A stretch of 63,018 nt of DNA, counting the filler, from Platydemus manokwari (taxonomy: Eukaryota): NCBI GenBank assembly GCA_037951405.1. It is 5 parts of 5 records of this genome, joined end to end, with 100 filler letters (N's around TTAATTAATTAA, not from the genome) between each part and the next. Parts side by side here need not be neighbours in the genome. Positions count along the whole stretch, not along the records: positions 22,386 to 37,309 come from JBBMOY011371425.1; positions 37,410 to 52,778 come from JBBMOY011298094.1; 3 more parts are not named here. One strand, written 5' to 3'. The notes beneath the pieces were generated by a model. That model was not told the DNA's origin. It searched no databases and saw nothing but the letters and a program-made list of their open reading frames with translations. Position numbers and translations under genes: made by a program. Position 1 is the first letter of the stretch. Every line of letters begins with the position of its first letter. This document shows, piece by piece, positions 33,600-47,655 of this stretch.

Positions 33600-35050
33600 T
33601 GACTTTCCGTCTAAAAGCGACTTCAAAAGAAGAGAATTATGTCGAAATATACTCTGTGGCGTTGATCAAGAATTCAATTCTTGATAACAGTTAAAGCCAG
33701 TTTCTCTGACTACGTGCCTCATTTAGAGACGTAACTATCAGATCTCTGACTGTGCGAATGATTCGTTTTTGCTAATCCGTTTGATTTGTGCTCTGAATTA
33801 AAGATTATCTTAAAAATGGTCTTTTCATCATGTTTATTGGCAATAACAACTACGATTTGTTCTTAGAATTCTGAATTATGTTGTGACAGCAAGAGTCACG
33901 CATATATTTATTGACAAACATTGATAATCGAGATACCCATACATAAAAATATGGGATGTACATAGTTCTTTACTTCGATCGTACAATGAATCACAGTTCG
34001 TTAGTTCAATCATACAATTTATTCGAAGTTTCAATAATTTCTGTCTACGTCTTCCAGTTGCTGTTGTTTTGAAAATCCCCTTAGACTATTTTTAAAGCTG
34101 CTTTTGCTGCTGTCTCATTTCAGCTGCCTCCATTGGAAGTAGCTAGCATTTATATCCGACTTTATGTAAGCAAGAGCTATTTCGTCTATCATTTTCTTAT
34201 AAATCTTGTGTTTTCTAGAACTATGTCGTTTATTGTTAGCACCTACAATAAAAGTGAACAGTTCCACAGACCAGTCGGGTGGCTTTGTTATCGTGTGTTG
34301 ATGGTATTTTTTATACTTTTTTTACCTCTTTTGGCCATTAACACAGATATGTTCATGGGGCATTTTACATGGCTAAGACCGCTTGTATATTTTTGATAAT
34401 TTATTAGTTGAAGATCCACTCATAGTTTGAATTTTGTGTACTGGCATTCTTTCACTACAAAGACTCTGTAATCCGAATTGTTAACAAGTTTCTTGGCCAA
34501 TATATACATAATTCTGTGAAATGCTTTGCAGCAGATGCAAACTTCATATTTGCATTTTATGCATGCCATCCCTCTCGTGTACTCTTAAATCATAGTGGGA
34601 AGGTTGTCTCTCTGTGAGTTATGAACAAATTGAATTCAGCAATAGTTCATTACCCCCTGAAAACTACTTTCGACCACATTGGACTAATAGCTGTTGAGTA
34701 GCTGTTATAGCGTCCATTTCTGATTTGATAAGTCCAGTTTAATTGGTACAATCGCAAAAAGTATTATCTCTTTGATTTTTCTTGGTTCCATCAATTGTAA
34801 GGCTTTGTTGAAATTTGAGAACTATCTCACCTTTGATAAGAATGAGAGAAACAGTGGTATATATTTTCTTGGATGCATATGTAATGCTCTCTCTTATTCA
34901 ACTCAACTATGTTTTGCTTCTTTCATATGGTAGAATATGAGATTTGACTCAATCTAATGCTTCCTTGATTATCGCAGCTGGGCTATTCACTCCAACATTT
35001 TTGTGTAAGGAGTGTATGGCCGTCATCATAATCATTTCATGTTTGCTCTT
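33600..35050 (-). mobile_element. Decayed Ty3/gypsy LTR-retrotransposon pol (integrase best preserved)
   Basis: 33795-33600 reads QSNGLA(fs)RIIRTVRDLIVTSL...NWL*LLSRIEFLINATEYIST*FSSFEVAFRRK, matching the integrase motif QSNGxxERxxRT...W...IEFxxNxT..STxxSPFExxFGR. An eroded zinc-binding-like segment lies just upstream (~33980-33870). The 5' boundary is approximate. Confidence 0.6.
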
Positions 35051-37309
35051 TTATAGATAATACGCGTGAATGATCGATGTTATTGTATGCTCTTCCGTCA
35101 TGCTCCGTAGTTCACAATCACCATTTAATTTCGTTGAGTTAAGGTAATCCAATTTTAATCCAATATTCAAATTATAGCCAGATTTTATTTGTGGTATGCG
35201 AGGATTTATAATAAATTGAAATTTGAAAAATTTTTAAATTATGTTTTTATAAAATATTGAATTTTTTTTAATAATTATAAATATATTAATAATTGAAAAT
35301 ATATAAATCACAATAAAACAATAAATACACTGAACTGAACTTAAATGAAATAATAATTAAAAATTTAATTTGTAAAATTAAATTTTATTTATTGATTTCG
35401 TTCCTTACAAAATTTTTCGTTGACATTAATATTTGACATTATTAATATTCATACAGTATTTCTATAAAAGTATTTTAAAATATTTTTTTAATAGAAAGTC
35501 ACATTTTGTTACGATTTGGTGTTTAATAATTGTGAGATTCCAACAATTTATCAATGATTGGACGAAAAATGAGTGATTGTAATTGCTTGATGTTTAATCT
35601 AATTTACTTACGGATAGCAAATAAAATTCGAAGATCAGAGAATGATATTAAATTACGACAAACAGTAATTAGACTAAACTAAATTACTAACAAACAACTA
35701 TCATCACAAAATGGAAATGATTGATTTGGATGTTTTTAAAAGCCAAATAAATAATATTTTGAACTAGATGGGTGGATTTTGCTTTGTGTGTTGAATTTAA
35801 TATTTAACATTCACCTAGGTTCATGTAGATCTTAAAATCATCCAGGCAAAATGCTGATGTTTATAATTTAGAATTACATTCAGATTTTCATGCGTCGAAT
35901 GAGATTTTTAATTCATCCCGTAAATTTTAGATTATTTAGGAATTCAATAAAATAAAAATATCTATGTAATATGACTTTTAGTATTTATGCATTGGCTATT
36001 ATTTTAGAATTAAGTTGTAGAGATAAAGTATCCAATATTTCAAGAAATTTATTTTTCAAATATCTCGTATTTCGCAAAGTCTGGATTGAGCTGATAAATA
36101 TTTAAGACCACAAATGCTGGAAGAAAATACTTCTGATTAGAACATTTGATCCTTTAAAAATTTATCATCAATGTCATAGAGTTATCAGATTGGATTAATT
36201 CTATATTTATTGTGTTTTTATTCGAAATATTGTGCACGTATTTTATACATTAATGGATAGGCCATTCGGCATATTTTGTGGAAAATACATTATTAAAGTA
36301 ATTTAATGGAGCAAGCATTTGAACAAAAATAGAAGAATTAAATGCACATTGCAGGGTTTAAGTTAATTGTAAGTTTATTGACTAATTAGTATTTTACGCG
36401 CTTCTAATTGATTATTAAAATTTAAAGATTTGATCAACCTATAAAATCAAATTTATAATTACAACATAACTATTCCCTTACAGATAAAGAAGCATTAAAT
36501 ATTGGATCAATATTTACTGTAAGTTCTCTACTTCTTGACAAAAGGTTTTCAAGATCTGATTGGTTGTTGGAAAAATCAAATACTGCAAATAATGTGACCA
36601 CTCCAATAATAAAGATGTCAGTTAGCCTGAAGAAAGCAATTCCTAACAATGAATATTGGCAGTATGTTTTTGCTGTATAAAATATTCACAAAATGTTTTG
36701 GTAATTGGTTACTCTAAACATGAAGATCATAAAATTGGAAGACAAATGCTCAACTAAAATAGGACTGACTTATACTTGATATAGTCATTAAGAAACGTCA
36801 TTAAAAAATATGAAAAAATCAATGAATGAACGAACTATCTATTTATTTATTCTGAAATAAATCGATTGAAGTTTATCTTGAAATTTCGATGAAAAAAAAC
36901 AGTTACTTTGACCACAGATATAATTCCCGCTTAGAATGATAACCATGACATGGCAGTTATACACTATGAACAAGATAAAATGACCAATATCGCCATATTT
37001 AGTTTTTATTTCTTTAATATTTTCATGAATTACTAGAAATATCATTTGAAAATTCTGTACGATAATTGTATGACCCATAAATGATACCAGGAACTCATTT
37101 GAAGTTATAAATTAAAAAATCTAAGATTCGAGTAATACTATAGATAAAATTGTTGGGTCTACTGACTGTAGAGCGCAACAATCCTTTGACTGATCTGACT
37201 CCAAAAATCAAGACAAAGTGGTTGATCACTAGGTTATATTTTCACAAATGTACACGACTTAAAAGTTGATTACACAAGGGCCTAGCCCCTAATAAAGTTC
37301 TGTCTACAA

Positions 37310-37409
37310 NNNNNNNNNNNNNNNNNNNNNNNNNNNNNNNNNNNNNNNNNNNNTTAATTAATTAANNNNNNNNNNNNNNNNNNNNNNNNNNNNNNNNNNN
37401 NNNNNNNNN
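37310..37409. other. Artificial contig spacer
   Basis: Same 100-nt N/TTAATTAATTAA/N design. Confidence 0.95.
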
Positions 37410-39945
37410 AAGACATTTAGCACATGGCATACATTTTTATAAATATCGATTCATTTATCAATAATCGATTATCTATTTACATGATCTCAATGAAAGGGAG
37501 AATTAATCCATTGTAAACCAATTAAAAATTCAGATTTTTCTTTGAAAATTAAATTTCTTATTTAAGATACTTTTTAATTCGAAAAGAATATTGAATTTTA
37601 ATATAATTTTTTGGTTTCTGACGATCAAATCGATTATTTTATTCTATTTTGTATTATTATATGCTGTACCTATACTGGAGCTAATGAGATTATCAATAAT
37701 ATCAAACTGGCTTCAAATAATGGACAAACAATTGATTGTTGAATTTTATCTTCAATATATAAAGCTACAAAATAAAAATCATTCAGTGATATGATTCAGC
37801 TAATGGTAAAATCAATAATTTTTCTTTAATAAACCCTTTAACGTCAATCATTTTAAGACTGATAACATACACTCAATATCCATATCCCAAACTACTGAAC
37901 AATTCATAGAACTACTTGCCGTAGTTAACTGATTCCTTGACATTCCAGAAGCTTCCTAGATTTCTATCTCATTTAATCGGAACGTTGGTACTCAAAGGCA
38001 GGATATTTTTTACTAATAACCTTGGTAATGGAAGATAAATTAAAAATTACGTACAAATGATAAAGTAGTTTTGGAAATGAACATAGATAAGATTTCATGA
38101 ATGCCCAGAATGTCCGTGTTGTCAACATTATTTCTTCACATTCTAATGCTAAAGCATGACAAATTGTGCTTACAACAAAATACAAATAAATGAAATCTAG
38201 TTATAAAGGATTTATTTTGTCCGACAAGAGTTGTAAATAGCAATCCAATGATGAGATCCTTTAATTCATTAGTGTCCAATTTGACAAGGTAAGATCTTAT
38301 CTTTAATTTGAACTATACCAATGATGATTGGAAGTATTTGATCTTTATTATGAATATGGTGACAGCACATTCATTTGATATTAAAAATGAGAGTGATGTT
38401 CTATAAGATTATACCATTTATTGTATATAAGCAAAATATATAAATACTAATAAATGATTGTTACACAAATTAATACACCTCAAATTTAATTGGCCTATAT
38501 AAAAATTAAAATGATTTTTTTAAAAGTTTTCATTAATTCAATAAAATATTTCAGTTGTATTTCACTAAAACCAAATCAATGAGAAGTATAAATTGCTAGG
38601 AAATATAAAAAATCTGAAGTTGTTTTTAAATCAATAAATACTGGAATTAGAAAAGCTGCTGAATTTAATGAAAAGCGCCATTTTACCAAAAGAATTTAAT
38701 GGTTTCAAAATATTCTTTGATGAAAAATTCTTTCTACAAACAATCAATAAACTGGAATCCTTCAAAACTCAGATTATAAAAATCAAACAAAAGAATGATT
38801 GTAGAAGAAAACTGAGACAAAACACGGATCGAATTAGCGTTGACTTCCATTCAATAATGAGTTGTTTAAGGGTAATGAATCTATGAACTGTTACAGTGCG
38901 ATTTAATAACGCATTTTAAACATTTATATCGGTTATATAAATCGCCTATTTAAAATACCATAAATTTCTATAGAGTTTTCATCACTTAATTTTTGTCTTT
39001 TACAAGGGAGAAAAATTTGAGTTATTCATTGCCATTGAAATTGTTGTTTTTGGTGGATATATTTGATTAAAGAATTTTTTGTATAATTTTCTCTTCCACT
39101 TGTTTCATAAATCACTTAAAATCAAGGACTGGCCCTGTTGGATTTAAAAGAATTGCAGTGTTATTGCGGTTTATTCAAGTATAAATCATCGATAGAAAAT
39201 GCAAACAAGAATCGATAAAACAGTCAGTGCTCTGATAAGTGTTATTAAAATGAAATGTAAACATATCGTGTCCTTTTGAGGGTAATTAATCAAATAAGCA
39301 CATTTTCGAAAAGAATCCTCATAAAAGAAGATATGAATATTGCAACATACATGTTTAGTCACTGACACATATGGTTTAATAGAGGTTTCCGTACTTGTCT
39401 TTTATTGATATAAGATATGATGAATGAGTTAAGCTTGTTTAGCCTTGCTTCGAATTGCATATTTTGTATATGAATGAGGCGGAACCGTACCTCCTTAAAA
39501 GGACACTCACTGTATTTTTGATTGACATTTTTGAACCCTGTTTTGAATACCCATCACGTCAAATATTCGATGTTTAGTTCTAATATGTGCTAGCCAAGAA
39601 GTTTAAGGAGTCAGATCCAATATATAAATGAGTCTCATTAGTATATGTGAAAGCTGTTGTTCTGCATGATATTCGAACTACATAAAGCAGTTATAATATT
39701 CTCATCAGATATCTCTCTTCCAGTCTTCAGCATCAGATAGAACAATGCAGACAGTGATATCATATTTTTCAAGTCGCTGTTAAACACAGCCAATTACTGT
39801 ACCTCGATGCAATGTTTTCTCTAAACCTAATTCTCAATTCGATTTCGATGAATCACTGATATTACAAATTATGTCGTCATATATTGTTACGTAATTTTTA
39901 ACGACTAAATACTATTTTGTGTTATATTCACTTGATGATGATAAT

Positions 39946-40106
39946 NNNNNNNNNNNNNNNNNNNNNNNNNNNNNNNNNNNNNNNNNNNNNNNNNNNNNNN
40001 NNNNNNNNNNNNNNNNNNNNNNNNNNNNNNNNNNNNNNNNNNNNNNNNNNNNNNNNNNNNNNNNNNNNNNNNNNNNNNNNNNNNNNNNNNNNNNNNNNNN
40101 NNNNNN
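39946..40106. other. Ordinary scaffold gap (161 N)
   Basis: Pure N run without the linker 12-mer. Confidence 0.95.
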
Positions 40107-40949
40107 ACAAATAACCCTCACCTATTGTCTTAAGCAAATAGAGGCTTTCTTATTGTCTATAAAGAATGATGAATTATGAGATAGTGAGGAAAAAGAAATT
40201 GTCTTTGATATTAACTCTAGACATTGATCATCAATGGATATGAATACCTTAATCATCCAGTAATTTCTTGTATATAGATGCCATATTGATGTTTCCTTCA
40301 GAGTTTCTTTTTTTTCTATTAATGCACGAACTAATAGAGATAATAAAATAAAGTCTGATATAAATATTATAAATGAGAATCAACTGTAATTTATCAATTT
40401 GGATTAAAAAAACTATCAATACAATTTCATTAAATTACCCGTCATTATTTATAAAAGGAAATCGATATTTGGTCTTTCCTTCAAAAGACAAGAGTTGATG
40501 TATAATAATAAATGATTTTCTTGGCTCAGGTAACAAATGTTCGTTATCTTGTTATAATATGTTGGTATTCCATATTTAAAGTTTCGAAACAGGGAAGTAA
40601 ATTTTAATTTTCATCCCGACAAGGATAGGAAATACGAATCGATAGCAAAGAAACAACTTCTTTGTAAAAATTTAAAGAAAAAATTTACTTATGCTAATTG
40701 ATAAAAATGAGATGGAATCTAAAAATATCTCATATGTGTGTTGCTCAATTATCTCGGAAAGGTTTTGTGATTTTCAGACTTTCAGGCACTACCTAGAATT
40801 GACTTTTAGAAGGAATGGATAAATCGTCTAATTACTGAATGTTTCAGTAATTCTATTTTTAAAAACCTGCTGTTAGAGTATGAGTTACTCTGTTAGGAAA
40901 TCGATTTCTCTGTAAGTGAGTATTCAAATATTCCAATAACTCTAAAGGT

Positions 40950-41980
40950 ATTGAGTGTCTTTTGTGGAATGGAATCTGTGATCCCACAATAGTTGAGACT
41001 AAATATCTGGGCTTGTGCTCAGTGATCCTTTCCCAGACTGAGCTTGATGCTCCCGATTCTTTTTATTTGCCTGTGTGAATAAGTAGTCCATGACCAGGAG
41101 GCATTTGATGTTCGCCAACAAGATCCGTTTTATCAGACTATTTCGATATATAAGTTTACCCTTAAACTAGAGGCAGTATCAATCGTGCAAGATATGGTTG
41201 ATTTTTTACGATTGATTTTAAAATATTCTATGGCACCAAATACTCTTAATTACCATGATTTCTTAGCGGCTTTGCCATGGGATTGTTCCAATTTACCTTT
41301 CAGTCATTTAAGGGCATCACCTAATAAGTCAATACGATCAGGGATACTAGCTCTAATGACCTCGATCAGAGACGTTCTGATGATATGCCGAAGCACAAAA
41401 TTGTGAACACTGATCAATTTAGATGCCAAAATAACTTGTTAAAGATTATATTCATCCAGTAAGTCCCAAAGTCCCATGCACTTTATTCGTGTAAAGATAG
41501 CAATGATCAGAATTCTGTTGAAGACTGAGAATCTTCCTCATAGCCTTTCTATAACAAGGGGTCAAATTTTCTGATAAAAGTGCCTCTTTTGATCCCTTGG
41601 GTGCCATTAAAAACATTAAAAAAAATTCCAAAACTAAGGACCAGCGTAGGAAGAACGATTGATTTAATCACTTTTATTTTCTGATGACCAAGCAAATCGG
41701 AATATGCAACACATTGCACATCTTTAATGAATTTCTGGAGAGTCTGATAAGGAATTTGGTCAATCTCGTATCCAAATAGAACCCCCAGATATTGGTAAAG
41801 CTGACCAGGACAAAGCTTTTTCATTGGTTACAGGTTTATCGTTACCTTTCCAGAACTGTCTTTCCAAAATGACATTGATAAATAAGCTCATTTTTGTGGA
41901 TGAAAAACAAAATTGTACTTTAATGCTAGATTAAAAACAATATCCAATATAAGTTGCAAATCGTCAATAGACATGGCCAC
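40950..41980 (-). mobile_element. Decayed R2-superfamily non-LTR reverse transcriptase (end of RT and thumb region)
   Basis: Minus-strand translation VAMSIDDLQLILDIVFNLALKYNFVFHPQK*A...PMKKLCPGQLYQYLGVLFG...SDLLGHQKIKVIKSIVLP...CYLYTNKVHG(fs)GLWDLLDEY matches the family pattern LQxxLD..FNPxKC..YKYLG..LxPxQKxxxLxxxxLP..YLYxPxxxGGLG. It carries stops and frameshifts. Confidence 0.7.
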
Positions 41981-44900
41981 TTACCAAAAATTCCATAAGA
42001 CTCAATCTTTACCGAATCAACCGCAACTAACTGTGGATTGATATCAATAGCAAAAACGAGCATGAAAAGAGGGCAACTCTGCTTTACCACTAGCCTTTGT
42101 TATATATTATGTATGCAAAATATTCCAATAGAGATTCAAAATGTCCAGCAGAGATATTTCCATGGGAATCTTTCATACTTCACATTACAAACGCTGAATG
42201 TGTGTATTAAGTTTTGGTGATTCAGTCATTTTACTATTTTGCTGATTTCTTAAATTGTAAATTCGACTCAGTTTCTTAAACGCTAAATGGAAATCTTAAG
42301 AAATCAATAAATACCTAAATGGACGCCTATCAATTTTAACCTAAAAGGTTATTTATATTAATAATAGTCTTTATTTTCATTGTGTTTCATAAATTGTTCC
42401 TAAATACTTTGGCAATTATATTTCAAAAACATTTTTGCCGTTGCAGGATTTTAAAATAATCAACTCTTATATCTGTGTGCTTATAGATAATGTTTTAACA
42501 ATGTTGTGATTAGAATAATAATTTGGACCAATACAATACCTGGAGATAAATCGAGAAAAATCAATAATAAATATCAAATTCTCCTAGTAAAAATATGTTC
42601 AAACCAACTCAAATTTTTATCACAATCTAAGATCAGCTGAAACAAGATTTTGGTGAGTCTGATATAAATTATTTTATGGCAGAAACCATTGATTTTTAAG
42701 TTACTTAAAATAGCACAGTTTTATAAGAATTTATCGATTATCACAGTGCACGGATATTTAAATGTAAATATTTAGACTTTTCTGTAAATACTGAAGTTTC
42801 ATGTTATGATCAGCTATGTTTATGATATCGTTATGCAAGACCAAATTCAATAATGTTTTCGCTCACTGCTTTTTATAATGACAAAATGGAAACATTATTT
42901 AATAAATATATTTGTTTACTTTTATCCAATAAATAATTGCATGTTTATGGTAAATATTCGATCAATTGAACTTGTTTTTGGATTAATTTACTTTATTGAA
43001 AAAGTTATTTGATGAATTATCGGTCTGATTGAGTCGAGTTTATTGTAAAACAAAAAATTAAATCGATTTATTTGTCGTAATTTTTCATTTATTTATCAAT
43101 CAATATCTCACACAATCGAAATGTTTATTTTTTCGTTTATTTATCATTCTTTCAATTTTAATGTTTATTTATGGTTTAAAATCGTTTCTGTTTATTTATC
43201 GATTATCTGTTTCTACAAACACTATATTGATTTCATTAATTTTATTTGCTTATCTATTTTAATACTTTGAAAATATTGATCTAGAGTTCATTAGATAAAT
43301 ATCGTTAATTTTATTTATAAAACATTTGAAAAGTAAAAATTTCGATAATTTATAATTTCTGGAATTTTTAAAGATTTTCAAAATAATTAAATTTGATTGG
43401 ATTGTTTTTAAATGTAGTTTTCTGCTTACAAACTTATTTTTAAACTCATAACTGCATGTGAATTCAGGCTTGATTCCAACCTTGACAATAATCATTCCAT
43501 ACTGATTATCATATATTGATCAATATTTAAAACAGTACATATTAAACCAAATCAATATTTCGGTATAATTTATGAACCTAAATAAATAAATAGAAAAACT
43601 TGGTATTACATTTGATTTGGTTTATTATTGTGATTCTGGTTTGCACTTTCGTGTACTTCTAATCACGTGATTGGCATAAAATTTTGTCCCCTTACATGCG
43701 AAATTTAATTCTTGAGATTTCTGTTTTTTAATTATTTATTAGGTTCGAAAATGAATTGATTGGAGGCCATAATAATTCCAGCAATAATTTCAAAGTCGAA
43801 TATTTATTGAAAAATTTATTTAACTTGTATTTTTATCTAAATAAATAAAAAATTATTCGACATTATTCAAGAGGAATTTGTGTTAGAAATCGTATCAATT
43901 ATGATAGATGATTTCATTTAATTGTCTTACTTTGTTTATTGGATTTCATTTAAAGTGCAAAATCAATAATTGATATGAAAGTGAAATCTTATATTTCACG
44001 CTCGGGTAACTACAAACAATAGAAGTATTTCATCTGTAAGAAAGTTGTATCACTCGTGTTTAATAATTGGGATCAATAAATTATATTATTGATTTTTTTA
44101 GAAGATTTTTTTATGGATTTTTGAGATAAAAGTTCGATCTTGGAATATACTGGATTGGATTTATTTTCTGAATGTTTAAAATATAAATTTTAATCGTAGG
44201 TGGAATCCGATAGTTATATACATGTACTTTAAAATGGTAGAAGAAAAAATTATCCGATTTATCAGCAGCACACCTCTTTTAATATGAACTGAAAAATGGA
44301 TCAATTGAACTGAATCCAAATCACGCTCATCCCATTCACACATGGCTAAAGTGTAAGTGACAATAAGGTTTAGTGAAAGATTAAATGTTTATATCAACGA
44401 TAGATCAAGATTATGGACTGTACGTTATATCTTGTGGTGATAGGTTGGGATTATGAGCCATAAAGCTTCCCCATCTATGGGACTCTTTGATCAATAAAGC
44501 CTCTAACCTTAAATCATTTCATTTATCGAAATAATCTTTAATTTAATATTTATAATAATTCTCATAGTAAAGAATATTCTGTTATGAAATCAAGATTCCA
44601 TATGAAAAACAAGAGGTATCCACGATCCAGTGGAAGCTTATAAATGATTTTCAACTTTATGTTGATCTGGTTCTTGATTTTCTGGCTTCGGAGTTAAATC
44701 ATTTAAAATTTTCATTGTAAATTGATTGGACTTCTGTTGAGCCAAAAATACATTTTTTCGAACCCGGTTGTTGTTTTGCATAATCCATTTTCATCTGAAT
44801 GGTGGACCCTATTTTCCTAAACTCAATAACCACATCCTGACGAGCTATAGATTTCCATCAAATAAGAGTTTGAAATTCTGCAGTCCAGTCTTACAACCAA

Positions 44901-46899
44901 GAATTAAAAACCATAAGGCTAATGAAGATATTATTGAAATTTCGAAAATAAGAGCAGTGTTTAACGCTTTGTTGTTCAAATAATATGATCCAATTTTATA
45001 AATTTCGAATTTAACTAGAGATAATAAATATTTTTCAAATTTAAAAAGCAATCAAATCACAACGAGATTCTTGCAGAACACAACTTAAATTTAAAAAAAA
45101 TGTTGTCAAAACATTTAGTTGATTGTGAGTTCTAATGGCTTCAACATCAAATCTACCAGCTGATCGTGTCATTTTGATCGCTGAATTCAAATATAAAGTA
45201 TTTCGTGCTTATAAATGTACGAAATAACTCGAATGAAATTGAATAAACGGAGAGCGAAAATCTCTAGTCGTCTTGAATTCAATCAAATCAACTGAATATG
45301 TAGATCTGTTTGAAAAAATAACGGTTCTGGATCACTGTTTACGGAACCGATTTTATAATTTGGCATTTGAAATCAAAACCAAGAAATCAATAAGTGCATT
45401 GATATGATCGAAAGTATTTTTAGCTTATAGATAAATGAATTTTCAAAGATGTTTTTTCTAAATAGGTTGTAAAGACAGAAGATTAAACTTTTAAAAATTT
45501 TTATGAACTTATAAATATTTTTACTTTAATAAATTTATTTATCGAATTACTTGGATTGATATCATATTTGGATCTTTGGATTTTCTGTCATTTATCTTTC
45601 AATTTATTGGAGCACACTAATTTTAAATTTCTGTTCAATTTCTAAATATCATGAAAATTACTCCAAGCAGCCTGATTCTTTCTATTAAAATTTAATTACA
45701 CTATTTAATATCGTTGAAAGCTTTCCTGGAGATGTTATAACTAAAGTTCATCAAGGCTAACATTTACTAACACTCCATCATTTTGGTTATTTTAAACTGA
45801 AACTTATCAATTAATAAAAGCTTTGAATATTCATTGATTTTAGTTATGATGTGAGAATAATAAAAGCTTTTTCTCACCAGATTTTTCTTCGTCATTTAGA
45901 ATTTATAAAAAGTGAATTGATTACCGTATGCTGTTCAATGTGAAGAGATTACAAATTGATCTGCGAATCTATTCTCATACACACGAAAAACCTACTGTCA
46001 AATGATATCATTATCTTCAGTGGTATGTAAATGCAAATATTTTCAAATTCGTCTGCCCCCTGAAAATTTTTTGCGCTAGGTTTTCGTTTTCTGGGAGAAT
46101 TAAACCCCCCCCCTCCGGATCAAATCATTTAAAAACCATCACTTCAAATCAAACGGATGTAACTAAGCAATATTTTTCACAATCGATTACAGATTTCATA
46201 TTATTATTGTTATTACTGTTGTAAATTTATATTCCAATCAATAATATTAATCTCCGAGATTCAAAAAATCGATTGACATTGATCAGTATTTCAATATTTT
46301 TCCAACTATATTGATCAAAATATTATAAAATTAATAAACAAAATCTACAATATTCACTATACAATTTTATCACTATATGCATCATTGTGTGATGGTTGGT
46401 CCAATCTGAATGCACACACAACATTAACATTGAGATCTCAAAGTCAATTCTTGATCTGCGCGTACAATGAATCTCGAGTAAGTTGAATTGGTTTTTGTTT
46501 TCGGTGAAATAATAATAATAAATCGTTTCGTGTCGATTTTAATGATAAATTGGAAATTTTCCGCCATTAAACCAATGTTATTTTTTGGAACTAAAATAAC
46601 TAAATGAAAAAGATATTTTTTTTCAAATAAACGTTTTTTTTTTAATTTATAAGAATTGAAAATTTTAAACACGCTATCGATTTTGTTATTTGTTCACAAA
46701 TGAATTTTTTATTGATCTTATCAACTGATATCATCAATGGCTTTTGTTATCTTTTATTGTTAGTATTTTGTTTGAAATTGATTTTCAAAATTTTTATTGA
46801 AATGTGCTTGAAAATTCGATATAATTATTGGATTAATTGATTTTATATTTGTTTTTAAAATATTCTTAAAATAAATCTGACGCAATCGACTGAAATCAA

Positions 46900-46965
46900 T
46901 CGATTGGACTATCTCTCATATATTAATATTCGGACACAAGATTCAACAGTTTCACCCGATTCAAG
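46900..46965 (+). other. Candidate non-coding 5' exon of the FHL gene
   Basis: Donor CAAG|GTAAAT at 46965/46966 and an acceptor (tcgtccAG) at 47642, 13 nt before the FHL ATG. There is no in-frame ATG upstream. The start coordinate is approximate. Confidence 0.3.
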
Positions 46966-47655
46966 GTAAATTATGTTTTTTTTTTAAAATCAATAATACA
47001 TTTCCGATCTGATGCCGTTGATGCTATTTTAATGTCTGGAATTAATATTTTTCGTTGATAAAATACCATCCCACGACGAGTAGCATCTCAGAAACGAGCT
47101 GGGACAGTCGATTTCTGCAGCAATCGCTTTTTTTTATCAATCCAATACAGCACATGTGGTGCACTCATCAATTTTCCCGATAGATTGGGAAAGATTAGCA
47201 CACATTTGCACATTTTTACACACAAAACCGTGTTTACTAAAGCAGTTTTGTATGACTTTAATGAAAACTGTGGTGGATAGATTGGAATTGTTGATTGGTC
47301 GATTCGATTCACCATGTGCTGCTAGTTTGTATATTCGTATATCGATAATGAACATTCATTTTCAACAGTTATTTTTCGTACTTAAGGCGAATCTATTTTC
47401 ACATTTACCAAAAAAAAATCGTTGAATTTGTTTTATATTTTTCTTCCTCAAGTTTTGGCCTCATTTTATCTCAAACTGGTTCGGTTATATTTGAATTTTT
47501 AGTATTGTATTTTTAACTATTTTAATACCTTTTTAACCTATCGTTATTCAAAGGATCATTTTAAAAATGGTTTATTGAATATCGATTTTATTCTAACGAT
47601 TATGTATTTATATATTTGATTTTTGATTTTCGTTTCGTCCAGGAATTTCGATACG

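Noticed and set aside
39912-40179. ORFs spanning the N gap
   Set aside because: Artifacts of translating Ns.
40830-40852. 10-bp inverted repeat aattactgaa-tgt-ttcagtaatt
   Set aside because: AT-rich arms beside decayed retroelement sequence; plausible by chance.
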